Assembly (NCBI GenBank): GCA_965198725.1
Contig: CBDAPX010000001.1
Coordinates: 915,966-979,965, forward strand
Source: Paracoccaceae bacterium
GTDB lineage: Bacteria > Pseudomonadota > Alphaproteobacteria > Rhodobacterales > Rhodobacteraceae
Length of the DNA: 64,000 nt
Direction of reading: 5' to 3'
Shown here: in pieces, positions 22,619 through 31,069 of the stretch
How positions within the stretch are numbered: position 1 is the stretch's first letter
Layout of the letters: each line of letters begins with the position of its first letter
Position numbers and translations under genes: made by a program
The notes under the pieces: generated by a model
The model's input: only the letters and a program-made list of their open reading frames with translations
Database searches by the model: none
Told to the model about the DNA's origin: nothing

Positions 22619-23341
22619 TCAACCACCAGAGGTAAGCGCGGATATATCAACCGGTTGTGCAGATAATGTGATCTCGGTGGTCGAGATATCGGCAGAAAAG
22701 GCCATGGTTTCCACCCCAGCGGCCCGGGCTGATAGATAGGCTTGCCAATAGTCAGGATCAATATCCGACGCGATTTTGAGAGCGGTGCAGTCGGTCCGCT
22801 GGATCAAAAACAGCATGATCGCACGGTGGCCAGTTCGGGCCTTTTCGGCCAACTCATGCAAATGTTTGGCGCCGCGTTTCGTCACACTGTCGGGAAACTC
22901 CGCCAGACCGGGTTGCCGGGACAATGTCACGCTTTTGACCTCGACATAGGCGTCTGCCAGATGCGGGTCGGTCAAAAGGAAATCAACCCTGCTGGATGTT
23001 CCATATTTGACCTCTGCTTGGACTTTTGTGTAGGCGCGCAAGGCTGGAACGGTCCCCGACATTAACGCCTCTCCCACCACTTTGTTGGCCAAACCGGTAT
23101 CAATCACGGTAAATTGGCCGGGTTCCTGTTCCACCAGCCGCCAACCAAATTTCAACTTTTTCTTCGGATCGTCGTTAGGTTCCAGCCAGACGCGCGTGCC
23201 GGGTGCGGCGAGGCCCATCATCGAACCGGGGTTGGCGCAGTGGGCTGTTATTTCGCGCCCGTCGTCCAATTGGCAGTCTGCGAGGAAGCGTTTGTAGCGA
23301 CGGATCAGACGTGCGGGCAAAAGTGGAATTTGAAAGCGCAT
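22619..23341 (-). CDS. sfsA: sugar fermentation stimulation protein SfsA
   Basis: MRFQIPLLPARLIRRYKRFLADC...H..NPG.M......G..VWL...D...KL....E.V family N-terminus. Confidence 0.85.
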   Translation of the reverse strand: MRFQIPLLPARLIRRYKRFLADCQLDDGREITAHCANPGSMMGLAAPGTRVWLEPNDDPKKKLKFGWRLVEQEPGQFTVIDTGLANKVVGEALMSGTVPALRAYTKVQAEVKYGTSSRVDFLLTDPHLADAYVEVKSVTLSRQPGLAEFPDSVTKRGAKHLHELAEKARTGHRAIMLFLIQRTDCTALKIASDIDPDYWQAYLSARAAGVETMAFSADISTTEITLSAQPVDISALTSGG

Positions 23342-23390
23342 TTTGTGGCCCTATACCTCCTAAAATAATGTTTCAAGGACCGAAGAAGAC

Positions 23391-24110
23391 ATGCCGAACC
23401 CCACTGCCGCGATGATGGTAATAGGCGACGAAATCCTGTCTGGACGCACGCGGGACACGAATACCAATCACTTGGCGAACGAATTGACAAACCACGGTAT
23501 CGACCTGCGCGAGGTGCGCGTGGTTCCCGACGATGAAGAGATGATCGTAGACACCGCACGGTCGTTGTCCGCGGCCTATGACACGGTGTTTACCAGCGGC
23601 GGCATCGGTCCGACCCACGATGACATCACGGCTGATTGCATCGCCAAGGCTTTTGACACGCCGATTGACGTGCGCGACGATGCCCGCGCCATTCTGGCGG
23701 CGCATTACAAAAAATCCGGCCAAGAGCTGAACGCTGCTCGGTTGCGCATGGCGCGGATACCTGATGGCGCAACGTTGATCGATAACCCGGTTTCCGCGGC
23801 GCCGGGCTTTACGCTGGGCAACGTCCACGTCATGGCGGGCGTTCCCGCGGTCTTTGAAACAATGGTCGCAAGCGTTTTGCCACAACTGACAGGCGGGGCA
23901 CCGTTGCTGTCGCAAAGCCTGCGTGTGCTGCGGGGGGAAGGCGACATCGCGGGCCCGTTGGGCGATATCGCAACCGCCTATCCAGAGCTGTCGATTGGCA
24001 GCTATCCGTTTCAAAAGGATGGCGTTTATGGCGCCAACATCGTGGTGCGCGGAACCGATGGCGCTGCGCTTGAGACCGCGATGGCCGCACTGGCAAAAGA
24101 GTTTGCATGA
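23391..24110 (+). CDS. CinA-like molybdopterin-binding (MoCF) domain protein
   Basis: AAMMVIGDEILSGRTRDTN...LA..L...GI.L......V.D......SGGIGPTHDD.T. Confidence 0.8.
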   Translation: MPNPTAAMMVIGDEILSGRTRDTNTNHLANELTNHGIDLREVRVVPDDEEMIVDTARSLSAAYDTVFTSGGIGPTHDDITADCIAKAFDTPIDVRDDARAILAAHYKKSGQELNAARLRMARIPDGATLIDNPVSAAPGFTLGNVHVMAGVPAVFETMVASVLPQLTGGAPLLSQSLRVLRGEGDIAGPLGDIATAYPELSIGSYPFQKDGVYGANIVVRGTDGAALETAMAALAKEFA

Positions 24111-24829
24111 TGATCGAAGAAAACCGGTTGTTTGATGTCGTTGAAACGACGTGGCCTGCTGCCAGCACCAAAGCTGTAGGTCCATGGCTGATCCGCGATG
24201 GAAAAGGGGGCGGCAAACGTGTGTCCGCTATCACGGCAGTAGAGGCGGTGACCGAAGATGATATCGCCTCGGCCGTTGTCGGAACGTCTGAATTCCGCCA
24301 ATCGCCGATCTTTATGATCCGCCCGGGTGAGGATGATCTGGATGCCTTGTTGGAACAAGCGGGTTACCAAATCGTGGATCCGGTCGTCATCTACGAATGC
24401 CCAATCGCCAAATTGACCGATCTGGAAATCCCGCGTGTCACGATGTTCCCGATTTGGGAACCTTTGAAGATCATGGAAGAAATCTGGCGCGGCGGCGGGA
24501 TCGGTCCAGAGCGGGTCGAGGTGATGCGCCGGGTCACGACGCCGAAAACCGCGCTGCTGGCGCGGCGCAATGATCAACCTGCGGGAACCGCGTTCTGTGC
24601 TTTGCACGAAGATATCGCCATGGTCCACGCGGTTGAGGTTTTGCCAGAACACCGTCGGTCCGGCATGGGCGCATGGATGATGCGTGGCGCGGCGGTCTGG
24701 GCGCAGGAAAATGGGGCAACGACAACGACCGTGCTGTGCACGCGGGCCAATGTCGCGGCCTGTGGCCTTTACGAGTCTCTGGGCATGACAGACGTAGGAG
24801 GGTATCACTACCGGTATCTGCCCACTTAG
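24107..24829 (+). CDS. GNAT family N-acetyltransferase
   Basis: C-terminal ...VEVLPEHRRSGMGAWMMRGAAVWAQENGATT..L.......A...YESLGM acetyl-CoA-binding pattern. Confidence 0.7.
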   Translation: MMIEENRLFDVVETTWPAASTKAVGPWLIRDGKGGGKRVSAITAVEAVTEDDIASAVVGTSEFRQSPIFMIRPGEDDLDALLEQAGYQIVDPVVIYECPIAKLTDLEIPRVTMFPIWEPLKIMEEIWRGGGIGPERVEVMRRVTTPKTALLARRNDQPAGTAFCALHEDIAMVHAVEVLPEHRRSGMGAWMMRGAAVWAQENGATTTTVLCTRANVAACGLYESLGMTDVGGYHYRYLPT

Positions 24830-24840
24830 AAAGACCGGCC

Positions 24841-25413
24841 ATGACCTCAGAAACGCCGCCGACCGCCCTGGACTTGCCCATGGTGGATCCGTTGCCTGAA
24901 GCCACGCAAAAGTATTTTGACATCTGTCAGGAAAAGCTTGGGATGGTGCCGAACGTGCTAAAGGCGCATGCCTTTGACGTCGAAAAGCTGAACGCCTTTA
25001 CCAACCTCTATAACAATCTGATGTTGGCAGAGAGCGGTTTGTCCAAGCTGGATCGTGAAATGATCGCGGTTGTGGTGTCGTCCATCAACCGCTGTTTCTA
25101 TTGCCTCGTCGCCCATGGCGCAGCTGTCAGAGAGTTGTCGGGCGATCCGGTTCTGGGTGAAATGCTGGTCATGAACTATCGGGTCGCAGACATGTCCGAT
25201 CAACAACGCGCGATGCTCGATTTCGCGGCCAAGCTAACGACGTCGAGCGCCAGTGTTGAAGAAGCTGATCGCGCCGCATTGCGCGCGGTCGGGTTCACCG
25301 AGCGGGACATTTGGGACATCGTCAATGTTGCGGCGTTTTTTAACATGACCAATCGCGTGGCCAGCGGAACGGATATGCGTCCGAACGCGGAATATCACGC
25401 GCAAAACAGATGA
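24841..25413 (+). CDS. AhpD-like peroxidase-related enzyme (carboxymuconolactone decarboxylase family)
   Basis: Start MTSETPP; ...SSINRCFYCLVAHG (CxxC..H motif). Confidence 0.8.
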   Translation: MTSETPPTALDLPMVDPLPEATQKYFDICQEKLGMVPNVLKAHAFDVEKLNAFTNLYNNLMLAESGLSKLDREMIAVVVSSINRCFYCLVAHGAAVRELSGDPVLGEMLVMNYRVADMSDQQRAMLDFAAKLTTSSASVEEADRAALRAVGFTERDIWDIVNVAAFFNMTNRVASGTDMRPNAEYHAQNR

Positions 25414-26345
25414 TCCGGCAAACTCTTCTTTGTCTGGTTTGGGCCTTTTGCGCCGGTCCGGTATGGGCCCAGTCAATCTCTGTGCCGGCGGGGGCGCAAG
25501 AGGTGAGCAGTCGCCCAAGCGCGTTGGACAGCTATGACCTTCCCGTTGCCCCTTTTGCAAATGGCGTTTTGCCGATCGAAGCTTTTGAGGGGCGGCTGGA
25601 ACGGCGGTCGTGGCGTGTGGACAGCACGTCGCTGACCACTTTGCAAATCACTGATCCGATCAAAACCCAATTGGTTGAACAGGGGTTCGACGTCATATTC
25701 GAATGCCGCGACACAGAGTGTGGCGGCTTTGATTTTCGCTTTGCAACAGAGGTGATCCCGGCGCCAGACATGTTTGTGGACATCGGCGATTATCGGTTTT
25801 TGAGCGCGACGCGCGGGTCGGCAGAGGCGGTTTCCCTTTTGGTGAGTGGTGGTCAGTCGGCCTCTTACCTTCAGCTTATTTCGGTGTTGCCGACCGATGC
25901 GGTGACACCCTCTGCAGTGGAAACCGTCCCTGTATCTGCTTCGGGGCCTGAAACGCCGGAGGCGACGGCGGATCTTATCGATGCGTTGATGACCCAAGGC
26001 CACGTGGTTCTGCCGGATCTCGAATTTGCACAAGGCAGTTTTATCCTGAACGACGGACCCTTCCCGTCGCTTGCGACGATGGCAGATTTTCTGGTGTCGC
26101 GCCCGGAAATCCGGATCGCTCTTGTGGGTCATACGGACAGCACGGGCAGCCTGCAAAGCAACTTGGACCTGTCAAAACAACGCGCCGAAGCTGTGTTGTC
26201 GCGGTTGTCCGAGGCCTATGGCGTTCCGGCCGAACAGCTGGACGCCCATGGCGTCGGATACCTGGCGCCGTTGCATTCCAACGCGACAGAAGCCGGGCGT
26301 GAAGGCAACCGGAGGGTCGAGGCGATCCTTGTGTCGGGATCATAA
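25410..26345 (+). CDS. OmpA-family protein with signal peptide
   Basis: Signal LLCLVWAFCAGPVWAQS; C-terminal ...IALVGHTDSTGS...NLDLSKQRAEAV...RVEAIL OmpA-C domain. Confidence 0.8.
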   Translation: MIRQTLLCLVWAFCAGPVWAQSISVPAGAQEVSSRPSALDSYDLPVAPFANGVLPIEAFEGRLERRSWRVDSTSLTTLQITDPIKTQLVEQGFDVIFECRDTECGGFDFRFATEVIPAPDMFVDIGDYRFLSATRGSAEAVSLLVSGGQSASYLQLISVLPTDAVTPSAVETVPVSASGPETPEATADLIDALMTQGHVVLPDLEFAQGSFILNDGPFPSLATMADFLVSRPEIRIALVGHTDSTGSLQSNLDLSKQRAEAVLSRLSEAYGVPAEQLDAHGVGYLAPLHSNATEAGREGNRRVEAILVSGS

Positions 26346-26349
26346 AAAA

Positions 26350-26377
26350 GCCCCGATACAGCTAAGCTGATCGGGGC
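26350..26377. terminator. hairpin at chromosome/prophage junction
   Basis: GCCCCGAT-N12-ATCGGGGC; A6 precedes it on the + strand, so the T-run belongs to the minus strand; no T-run after it on +. Confidence 0.5.
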
Positions 26378-26543
26378 GAGTTCGTTGCCCAGGAGAAGCA
26401 ACATTGTAAATCCCACAAACGCATAAAAATCCCTATATATTATGGGTATGTAGTGGGGTTTGGCGCTGCGGTGCAATGAGAACATACCAAAAACAAACAC
26501 ACCATTTTGACATCCCATTACGAACGAATTACGAATCCGCCTT

Positions 26544-27512
26544 ATGGCGACATTCCGAAAGCTCCCCTCGGGCAAGTGGCAAGCCCAAATTGCCCGCAAT
26601 GGTATTCGCAAATCATCGAGCTTTGCAACCAAGCGCGAGGCCCAGGATTGGGCCGCGCGGCAAGAGTATCTTGTGACGAATGCCGAACCTCCCCAAACCA
26701 AACTGACACTCAAAGACGCCTTTGATCGCTACGCCCGCGAGGAATCACCCAAGCGGCGTGGTGAGAGATGGGAAGTGGTGCGCCTTGAGCGTCTGTCATC
26801 TGACAAGATTGCGGATAAGCGGCTGGCCGATCTTGAGCCTGCTGACTTTGCCGAGTGGCGGGATCGCCGCGCCAAAGAGGTTGCACCGGCCACTGTGCGC
26901 CGCGAGATGACGCTTATGTCATCGGTGCTGACAACGGCCCGCCGTGAATGGGGCCTGATCTCTCACAATCCTATCTCTGACATTCGCAAGCCCGCCTCAC
27001 CGCCGCCGCGAGATCGGCGTGTGTCTGCGGATGAGATCGATAAGCTCATCAAGGCGGGCGGCACGGACTTGTCCAAGGCCCAGGCCCGAGCCGTTCATGC
27101 GTTCCGATTTGCGGTGGAGACGGCTATGCGGGCCGGTGAGATCGTGGGGCTGACCGATAAGACGGTTGACCGGGATACGCGGGTGGCCACGTTGCCCAAA
27201 ACCAAGAACGGCACGGCTCGCAAGGTTCCATTGTCCACTGCCGCGCTCGGCCTCTTGGATGAGTTGCCCGAAACCGATGGCCCGCTGTTCGATCTGAGCA
27301 ATCAGCAGATCGATGCGATGTTCCGCAAGGCGCGGGATAAATCAGAGATTGAGGATTTGCGTTTCCACGATAGCCGCCATGAGGCGATCACGCGGCTGGC
27401 GAAAAAGGTGGATGTTCTGAGCCTGGCCCGAATGGTGGGGCACAAAGACGTTAAGATGCTGATGATCTATTATAACGAAACCGCCGAGGAACTGGCTCAG
27501 CGGCTGGACTGA
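26544..27512 (+). CDS. int: tyrosine-type phage integrase
   Basis: 322 aa; MATFRKLPSGKWQAQI... SAM-like N-domain; ...FHDSRHEAITRLA...VGHKD..ML..YY catalytic R..H.R..Y pattern. Confidence 0.9.
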   Translation: MATFRKLPSGKWQAQIARNGIRKSSSFATKREAQDWAARQEYLVTNAEPPQTKLTLKDAFDRYAREESPKRRGERWEVVRLERLSSDKIADKRLADLEPADFAEWRDRRAKEVAPATVRREMTLMSSVLTTARREWGLISHNPISDIRKPASPPPRDRRVSADEIDKLIKAGGTDLSKAQARAVHAFRFAVETAMRAGEIVGLTDKTVDRDTRVATLPKTKNGTARKVPLSTAALGLLDELPETDGPLFDLSNQQIDAMFRKARDKSEIEDLRFHDSRHEAITRLAKKVDVLSLARMVGHKDVKMLMIYYNETAEELAQRLD

Positions 27513-27772
27513 TTCAGAACGCATTCCCTGCTTATCAAGATGTTCTTGCCATCGCGCCGCGTGTCAAAGTGGCCAGCCCGCACCTTGCGCCGGATCGTGT
27601 CGGGGGTGATGCGTAGATACTTTGCTGCCTCTTTCACGGTCAGCCATTCCGGCATTTTATCCTGACGCTGCGCCTCAACGGCCTGGGTGAGCGTCTCAAC
27701 CTGGGATGCGAGGCCGAGCATGATTTTCTTGATCTCGGCAATGTCAGCAGATGTTGCGATCTCAATTCCCAT
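27497..27772 (-). CDS. excisionase-family HTH DNA-binding protein
   Basis: C-terminal WLTVKEAAKYLRITPDTIRRKVRAGHF...GKNILIS = HTH_17/excisionase motif; last gene of the leftward operon; 3' end overlaps int. Confidence 0.65.
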   Translation of the reverse strand: MGIEIATSADIAEIKKIMLGLASQVETLTQAVEAQRQDKMPEWLTVKEAAKYLRITPDTIRRKVRAGHFDTRRDGKNILISRECVLNQSSR

Positions 27773-28019
27773 TCTGCGCCCCCGCCTGCTTTTCAATCTC
27801 CGCAACAGGTTTCGCGGCCTGTTGGATTGTTTTGATCGCCTGCAAATAAATCCGCGCACCGTTCCAGATTTGCTTGGCTATTGCGGCTCTGGCGTGCGCC
27901 TCAGCAGGACTGATCTTTCCAGCCCGCAAGTCCTGCAAATCCTGTGAAAGCCCCGCGATGGTCTCTTTCAGGCTGAGTTCATCGGATACAGGCGTGGAGA
28001 CATAATCGCGCTCAGCCAT
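27762..28019 (-). CDS. hypothetical phage protein
   Basis: ORF with protein-like helical composition (MAERDYVSTPV...); start at 28019 chosen. Confidence 0.5.
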   Translation of the reverse strand: MAERDYVSTPVSDELSLKETIAGLSQDLQDLRAGKISPAEAHARAAIAKQIWNGARIYLQAIKTIQQAAKPVAEIEKQAGAQNGN

Positions 28020-28082
28020 AGATTGGGCCCTCCCCAATTTGGATGCGGTGCGCATCGATTTCGAGAGCGCACACAAGGGCGC

Positions 28083-28469
28083 TCAGTTGCTTGATGATCC
28101 TGCGATCAGGGTTTCGGGTGGAAGGGGTTGTTCCGCCGCCTGGCTCTCGGCAGTGCGGCGGCGTTCAATCTCATCCTCAATGTCGTATTGATTGGGATCG
28201 CGGCGGGTCAGACGGCCCTCATCATCGGCAAAGTAGATGCCCGTGCCCATCGGGCGCTGAGGTATCTTGGCCGTCAGTTTCGGCGTGCATTCGATCTGGC
28301 CTGCCTTGTTCAGCTTGAACGGCAGTTTGATGCTGATCTCGCCATCGCCGCCCGTGGCGTGCATGGCTTCAATGACCTTGGAAAGCCGCTGATCGCCCTC
28401 GCGCAGCAGTTCGCCGCGCCGAAAGCTCTGCATGAACTCAAGGAAGTTGATGGAGTGATCAAGTTTCAT
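28083..28469 (-). CDS. hypothetical phage protein
   Basis: 128 aa from MKLDHSINF...; no family recognised. Confidence 0.55.
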   Translation of the reverse strand: MKLDHSINFLEFMQSFRRGELLREGDQRLSKVIEAMHATGGDGEISIKLPFKLNKAGQIECTPKLTAKIPQRPMGTGIYFADDEGRLTRRDPNQYDIEDEIERRRTAESQAAEQPLPPETLIAGSSSN

Positions 28470-28482
28470 GGATGGGATTCCT

Positions 28483-28758
28483 CTACCTGGGGGTTGCGAT
28501 TTTGCCGGTCCACGCATCGAATTCCGTGCGCAGGGTTTGAAAGCGGGCGAGCGCCTGGGGATCAGTGTTCAGATCGCGGCGGCTGGTGATCTTGCAGCAG
28601 TCACGCAGATATTCAGCGGCGGCTGAGGTGCTGAATTGTCCATCGGGAAAGCCGCACCGCGTGGCCGCGAACCACTGGAACCGGTCATCGTTGCAGATGA
28701 TGCCCGCCTGTTGCGCGGGCGGCAGATCGTCGAAGCGTTGGCGCAGCGGGACGTTCAT
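28483..28758 (-). CDS. hypothetical phage protein
   Basis: 91 aa from MNVPLRQRF...; ATGA coupling with the upstream gene at 28755-28758. Confidence 0.5.
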   Translation of the reverse strand: MNVPLRQRFDDLPPAQQAGIICNDDRFQWFAATRCGFPDGQFSTSAAAEYLRDCCKITSRRDLNTDPQALARFQTLRTEFDAWTGKIATPR

Positions 28759-29051
28759 GACCGGCCCTGCCAATCTTTGAGGCCAGGGCATTCTGGGCGC
28801 ATCGTGCCGCCTGGGCAGTTGCATCCAGGCCAGAGCGGGCAATGGAATTCACGCTCGGGCGGTGTTTCAGGCGCACGCAGTTCCGTTAGGTTTGAGTGGT
28901 GGGCTTGACGTGCGCCCTGGGTAGCGGCATTGCTGCGGCTCCCAAAACGGGTGAAGAAAAGGCCGAGAGCGGCGAGCAGTCCGCCCTCGGCAGTCGCACC
29001 GGCAGGTTTCACGGCACCGGCAACAGAAAGGTTTGTGGTTCGGCCCATCAT
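28755..29051 (-). CDS. hypothetical small membrane / Cys-rich protein
   Basis: MMGRTTNLS...GGLLAALGLFFTRF (hydrophobic) ...HCPLWPGCNCPGG...ECPG; start 29051 or 29048. Confidence 0.45.
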   Translation of the reverse strand: MMGRTTNLSVAGAVKPAGATAEGGLLAALGLFFTRFGSRSNAATQGARQAHHSNLTELRAPETPPEREFHCPLWPGCNCPGGTMRPECPGLKDWQGRS

Positions 29052-29223
29052 GCGGATGCGGCCTCGGCCAGATGCGAGGCCCATCCATCGCCCTCACGCG
29101 GCGGGATGTAGCTGCCGCCTGTTTCCAGAGCTTCATTCATAAAGCTCTCGGCGCGGGCTTTGGGGGTCAAGCAATTCCAGGTGATTCAGAAACTGGCGCT
29201 TGCGGTCAAAATGGTGATCCATC

Positions 29224-29544
29224 CTAGCGTCCTTCCTTTGGAAGGGCGCGTTGCCCGTCAGGCGCATCGCTCTGCGATGCTGCCGAGAGGGACGCGATTT
29301 CAGGCTCAAGGTAACGGATCACTGCACCTTGCAGTTGGGCGGTAGCCTCGTTCATTTCAGGGAGGCACTCGATTGGCAGGCGCAGGCTGTCGGCTAGTTG
29401 ATCAACCGTATCGCCTGCGCTGATGTTGTCAGGGTATTTAAGGCCTGCGTTGCTGCGTGCGCATTCGATCATGTCGGTGGTTGCAGCGCTTGTGCCCTCA
29501 GCGGCGGCCAGCAATTTTAGCGCTCTATCCATTCCGTTCATCAC
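29224..29544 (-). CDS. hypothetical phage protein
   Basis: 106-aa ORF, coupled to the upstream ORF (29541 overlap). Confidence 0.5.
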   Translation of the reverse strand: MMNGMDRALKLLAAAEGTSAATTDMIECARSNAGLKYPDNISAGDTVDQLADSLRLPIECLPEMNEATAQLQGAVIRYLEPEIASLSAASQSDAPDGQRALPKEGR

Positions 29545-29741
29545 GCCACCTGCAGATCTGCATGGCGGCTCAAGCGATCTGCGAGAGCGATGGCTGATGC
29601 AGCATCAGGTTCGGCTAGAACTCTTGCCACCTCAGCATCATTAAGTGCTGTCAGATCAAGGAATGGCGCTTCGAGATGCTCAGGGTGGTTCACCACCTCT
29701 TTGGCGTCTGCGGCGATCTGTGAATGTTCTTGTGTCAGCAT
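29541..29741 (-). CDS. hypothetical phage protein (first gene of leftward early operon)
   Basis: 66 aa; AGGAGG RBS about 7 nt upstream (reverse complement of 29750-29755). Confidence 0.5.
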   Translation of the reverse strand: MLTQEHSQIAADAKEVVNHPEHLEAPFLDLTALNDAEVARVLAEPDAASAIALADRLSRHADLQVA

Positions 29742-29766
29742 GGGTTGCCTCCTGTGTTGGAGGTAA

Positions 29767-29821
29767 CAAATATTAGGTATAAAAAACTATGTCAACAAAA
29801 ATAGTTTAAAATACCTATTTC
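29767..29821 (-). promoter_or_regulatory. PL-like leftward early promoter embedded in a 42-bp palindrome (operator candidate)
   Basis: Arms AGGTATAAAAAACTAT (29775-29790) and ATAGTTTAAAATACCT (29801-29816); minus-strand TTGACA (-35) sits in the spacer at 29790-29795; AT-rich. Confidence 0.55.
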
Positions 29822-29904
29822 AGGTCATGCAGTAATAATTACCGAATCACGATAACCCGCTAAGTCAGGATGATCAGCCCCACCTGAGTGGTCCAATTTG
29901 ATTG

Positions 29905-30771
29905 TTAGTGCATGATCGACCTTTGGTCCATCTTGACGACGGTTTCGGGAGCCGGTGGGCGGTAGCCTAGAGCACTGTGTGGTCGTTTCGTGTTGTAGTG
30001 TTTCCTCCATTCCTCAATCAGGATTTGTGCTTCGCGCAGGCTATAGAAGATTTCGCCGTTCAAGAACTCATCGCGGAAACGGGCGTTGAAGCTTTCGCAG
30101 TACCCATTCTCCCAAGGGCTGCCTGGTTCGATGTAAGCCGCCCTTGCGCCGACAGCCTTGATCCAGTCCTGCACGGCTTGCGCAACGAACTCAGGGCCAT
30201 TGTCGGAACGGATGAACGACGGGATGCCGCGCAGAATGAACAGGTCGCTCAGCACATCGATCACATTGCCTGAGTTGAGCTTGCGATCCACGCGTATGGC
30301 CAAGCATTCCCGACTGTACTCGTCGATGATGTTGAGTGTGCGGAAAGCTTTACCATCGTCGGTGCGGCAGTGGACAAAGTCGTAAGACCAGACATGATCG
30401 CGGCGCTCTGGCCGAAGCCTGACACATGATCCATCATTCAGCCAAAGCCGCCCTTTCTTCGGTTGTTTCATTGGCACTTTCAGCCCCTCTCGTCGCCATA
30501 ACCGTTCCACGCGCTTGTCATTCACATGCCAGCCAGCGTCTCTCAGTAGTGCCGCGATCCTACGATAGCCGTAGCGGCCATACTGCCGGGTCAGTTCGAT
30601 CATATCAGCCACTAAACGTTCTTCATCCGGGCGACCCGCAGGTACTTTGCGCTGTGTGGATCGATGTTGTCTTAGAACCCGGCATGCCCGACGCTCCGAG
30701 ATGTTCAGCTCAGCACGAACGCGATCAATACAGGCACGACGACGAGCGGGGCTCAGAAGTTTCCCTTTGCC
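29905..30771 (-). CDS. IS3-family transposase OrfB (made as OrfAB by -1 frameshift near 30760-30771)
   Basis: First ATG at 30612, but the frame is open upstream (..LSPARRRACIDRV...ERRACRVL..). DDE core ...WSYDFV..., SDNGPEF, ENGYCESFN. Confidence 0.85.
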   Translation of the reverse strand, partial: GKGKLLSPARRRACIDRVRAELNISERRACRVLRQHRSTQRKVPAGRPDEERLVADMIELTRQYGRYGYRRIAALLRDAGWHVNDKRVERLWRREGLKVPMKQPKKGRLWLNDGSCVRLRPERRDHVWSYDFVHCRTDDGKAFRTLNIIDEYSRECLAIRVDRKLNSGNVIDVLSDLFILRGIPSFIRSDNGPEFVAQAVQDWIKAVGARAAYIEPGSPWENGYCESFNARFRDEFLNGEIFYSLREAQILIEEWRKHYNTKRPHSALGYRPPAPETVVKMDQRSIMH

Positions 30772-31031
30772 GCCTCCGCCAAGATCAGCTTGTCCAGCGT
30801 CAGATCAGAAACGGCTTTGCGCAATCGCTCGTTCTCTTTTTGCAGACGCTTCAGTTCCTTCAATTGATCCGTGCCCATTCCGCCGTATTTTTTCTTCCAC
30901 CGGTAGTAGGTCTGTTCAGTCACACCGATCTGACGGATCGCATCCAGACGCGGCATCCCTTGCCCCGTCAGAACCTCAACCTGCCGTAACTTCGTGACAA
31001 TCTCTTCTGGCTTTGGTCGCTTGTTGGCCAT
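30753..31031 (-). CDS. IS3-family transposase OrfA
   Basis: MANKRPKPEEIVTKLRQVEVL...TYYRWKKKYGGM...LKELKRLQKENERLRKAV. Confidence 0.9.
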   Translation of the reverse strand: MANKRPKPEEIVTKLRQVEVLTGQGMPRLDAIRQIGVTEQTYYRWKKKYGGMGTDQLKELKRLQKENERLRKAVSDLTLDKLILAEAAKGNF

Positions 31032-31069
31032 GTGTTTCCTCCGTTTCCTAAACATAGCGGAGGACCACT

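Noticed and set aside
23373-24185. 270-aa minus-strand ORF opposite the CinA-like gene, plus similar shadows at 6195-6920, 6993-7874 and 36298-37011
   Set aside because: All are antisense to well-supported genes and have low-complexity R/P/G/H-rich translations.
26378-26543. tRNA/tmRNA integration target at the prophage left end, and tRNA genes in 39240-39404
   Set aside because: No acceptor/T-arm (GGTTCGAAT-like) features or cloverleaf-compatible pairing could be found by eye. This should still be confirmed with tRNAscan-SE/ARAGORN.
26216-26713. 165-aa minus-strand ORF spanning the chromosome/prophage junction
   Set aside because: It crosses the OmpA-family gene 3' end, the terminator hairpin and the integrase start. 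The composition is not protein-like.
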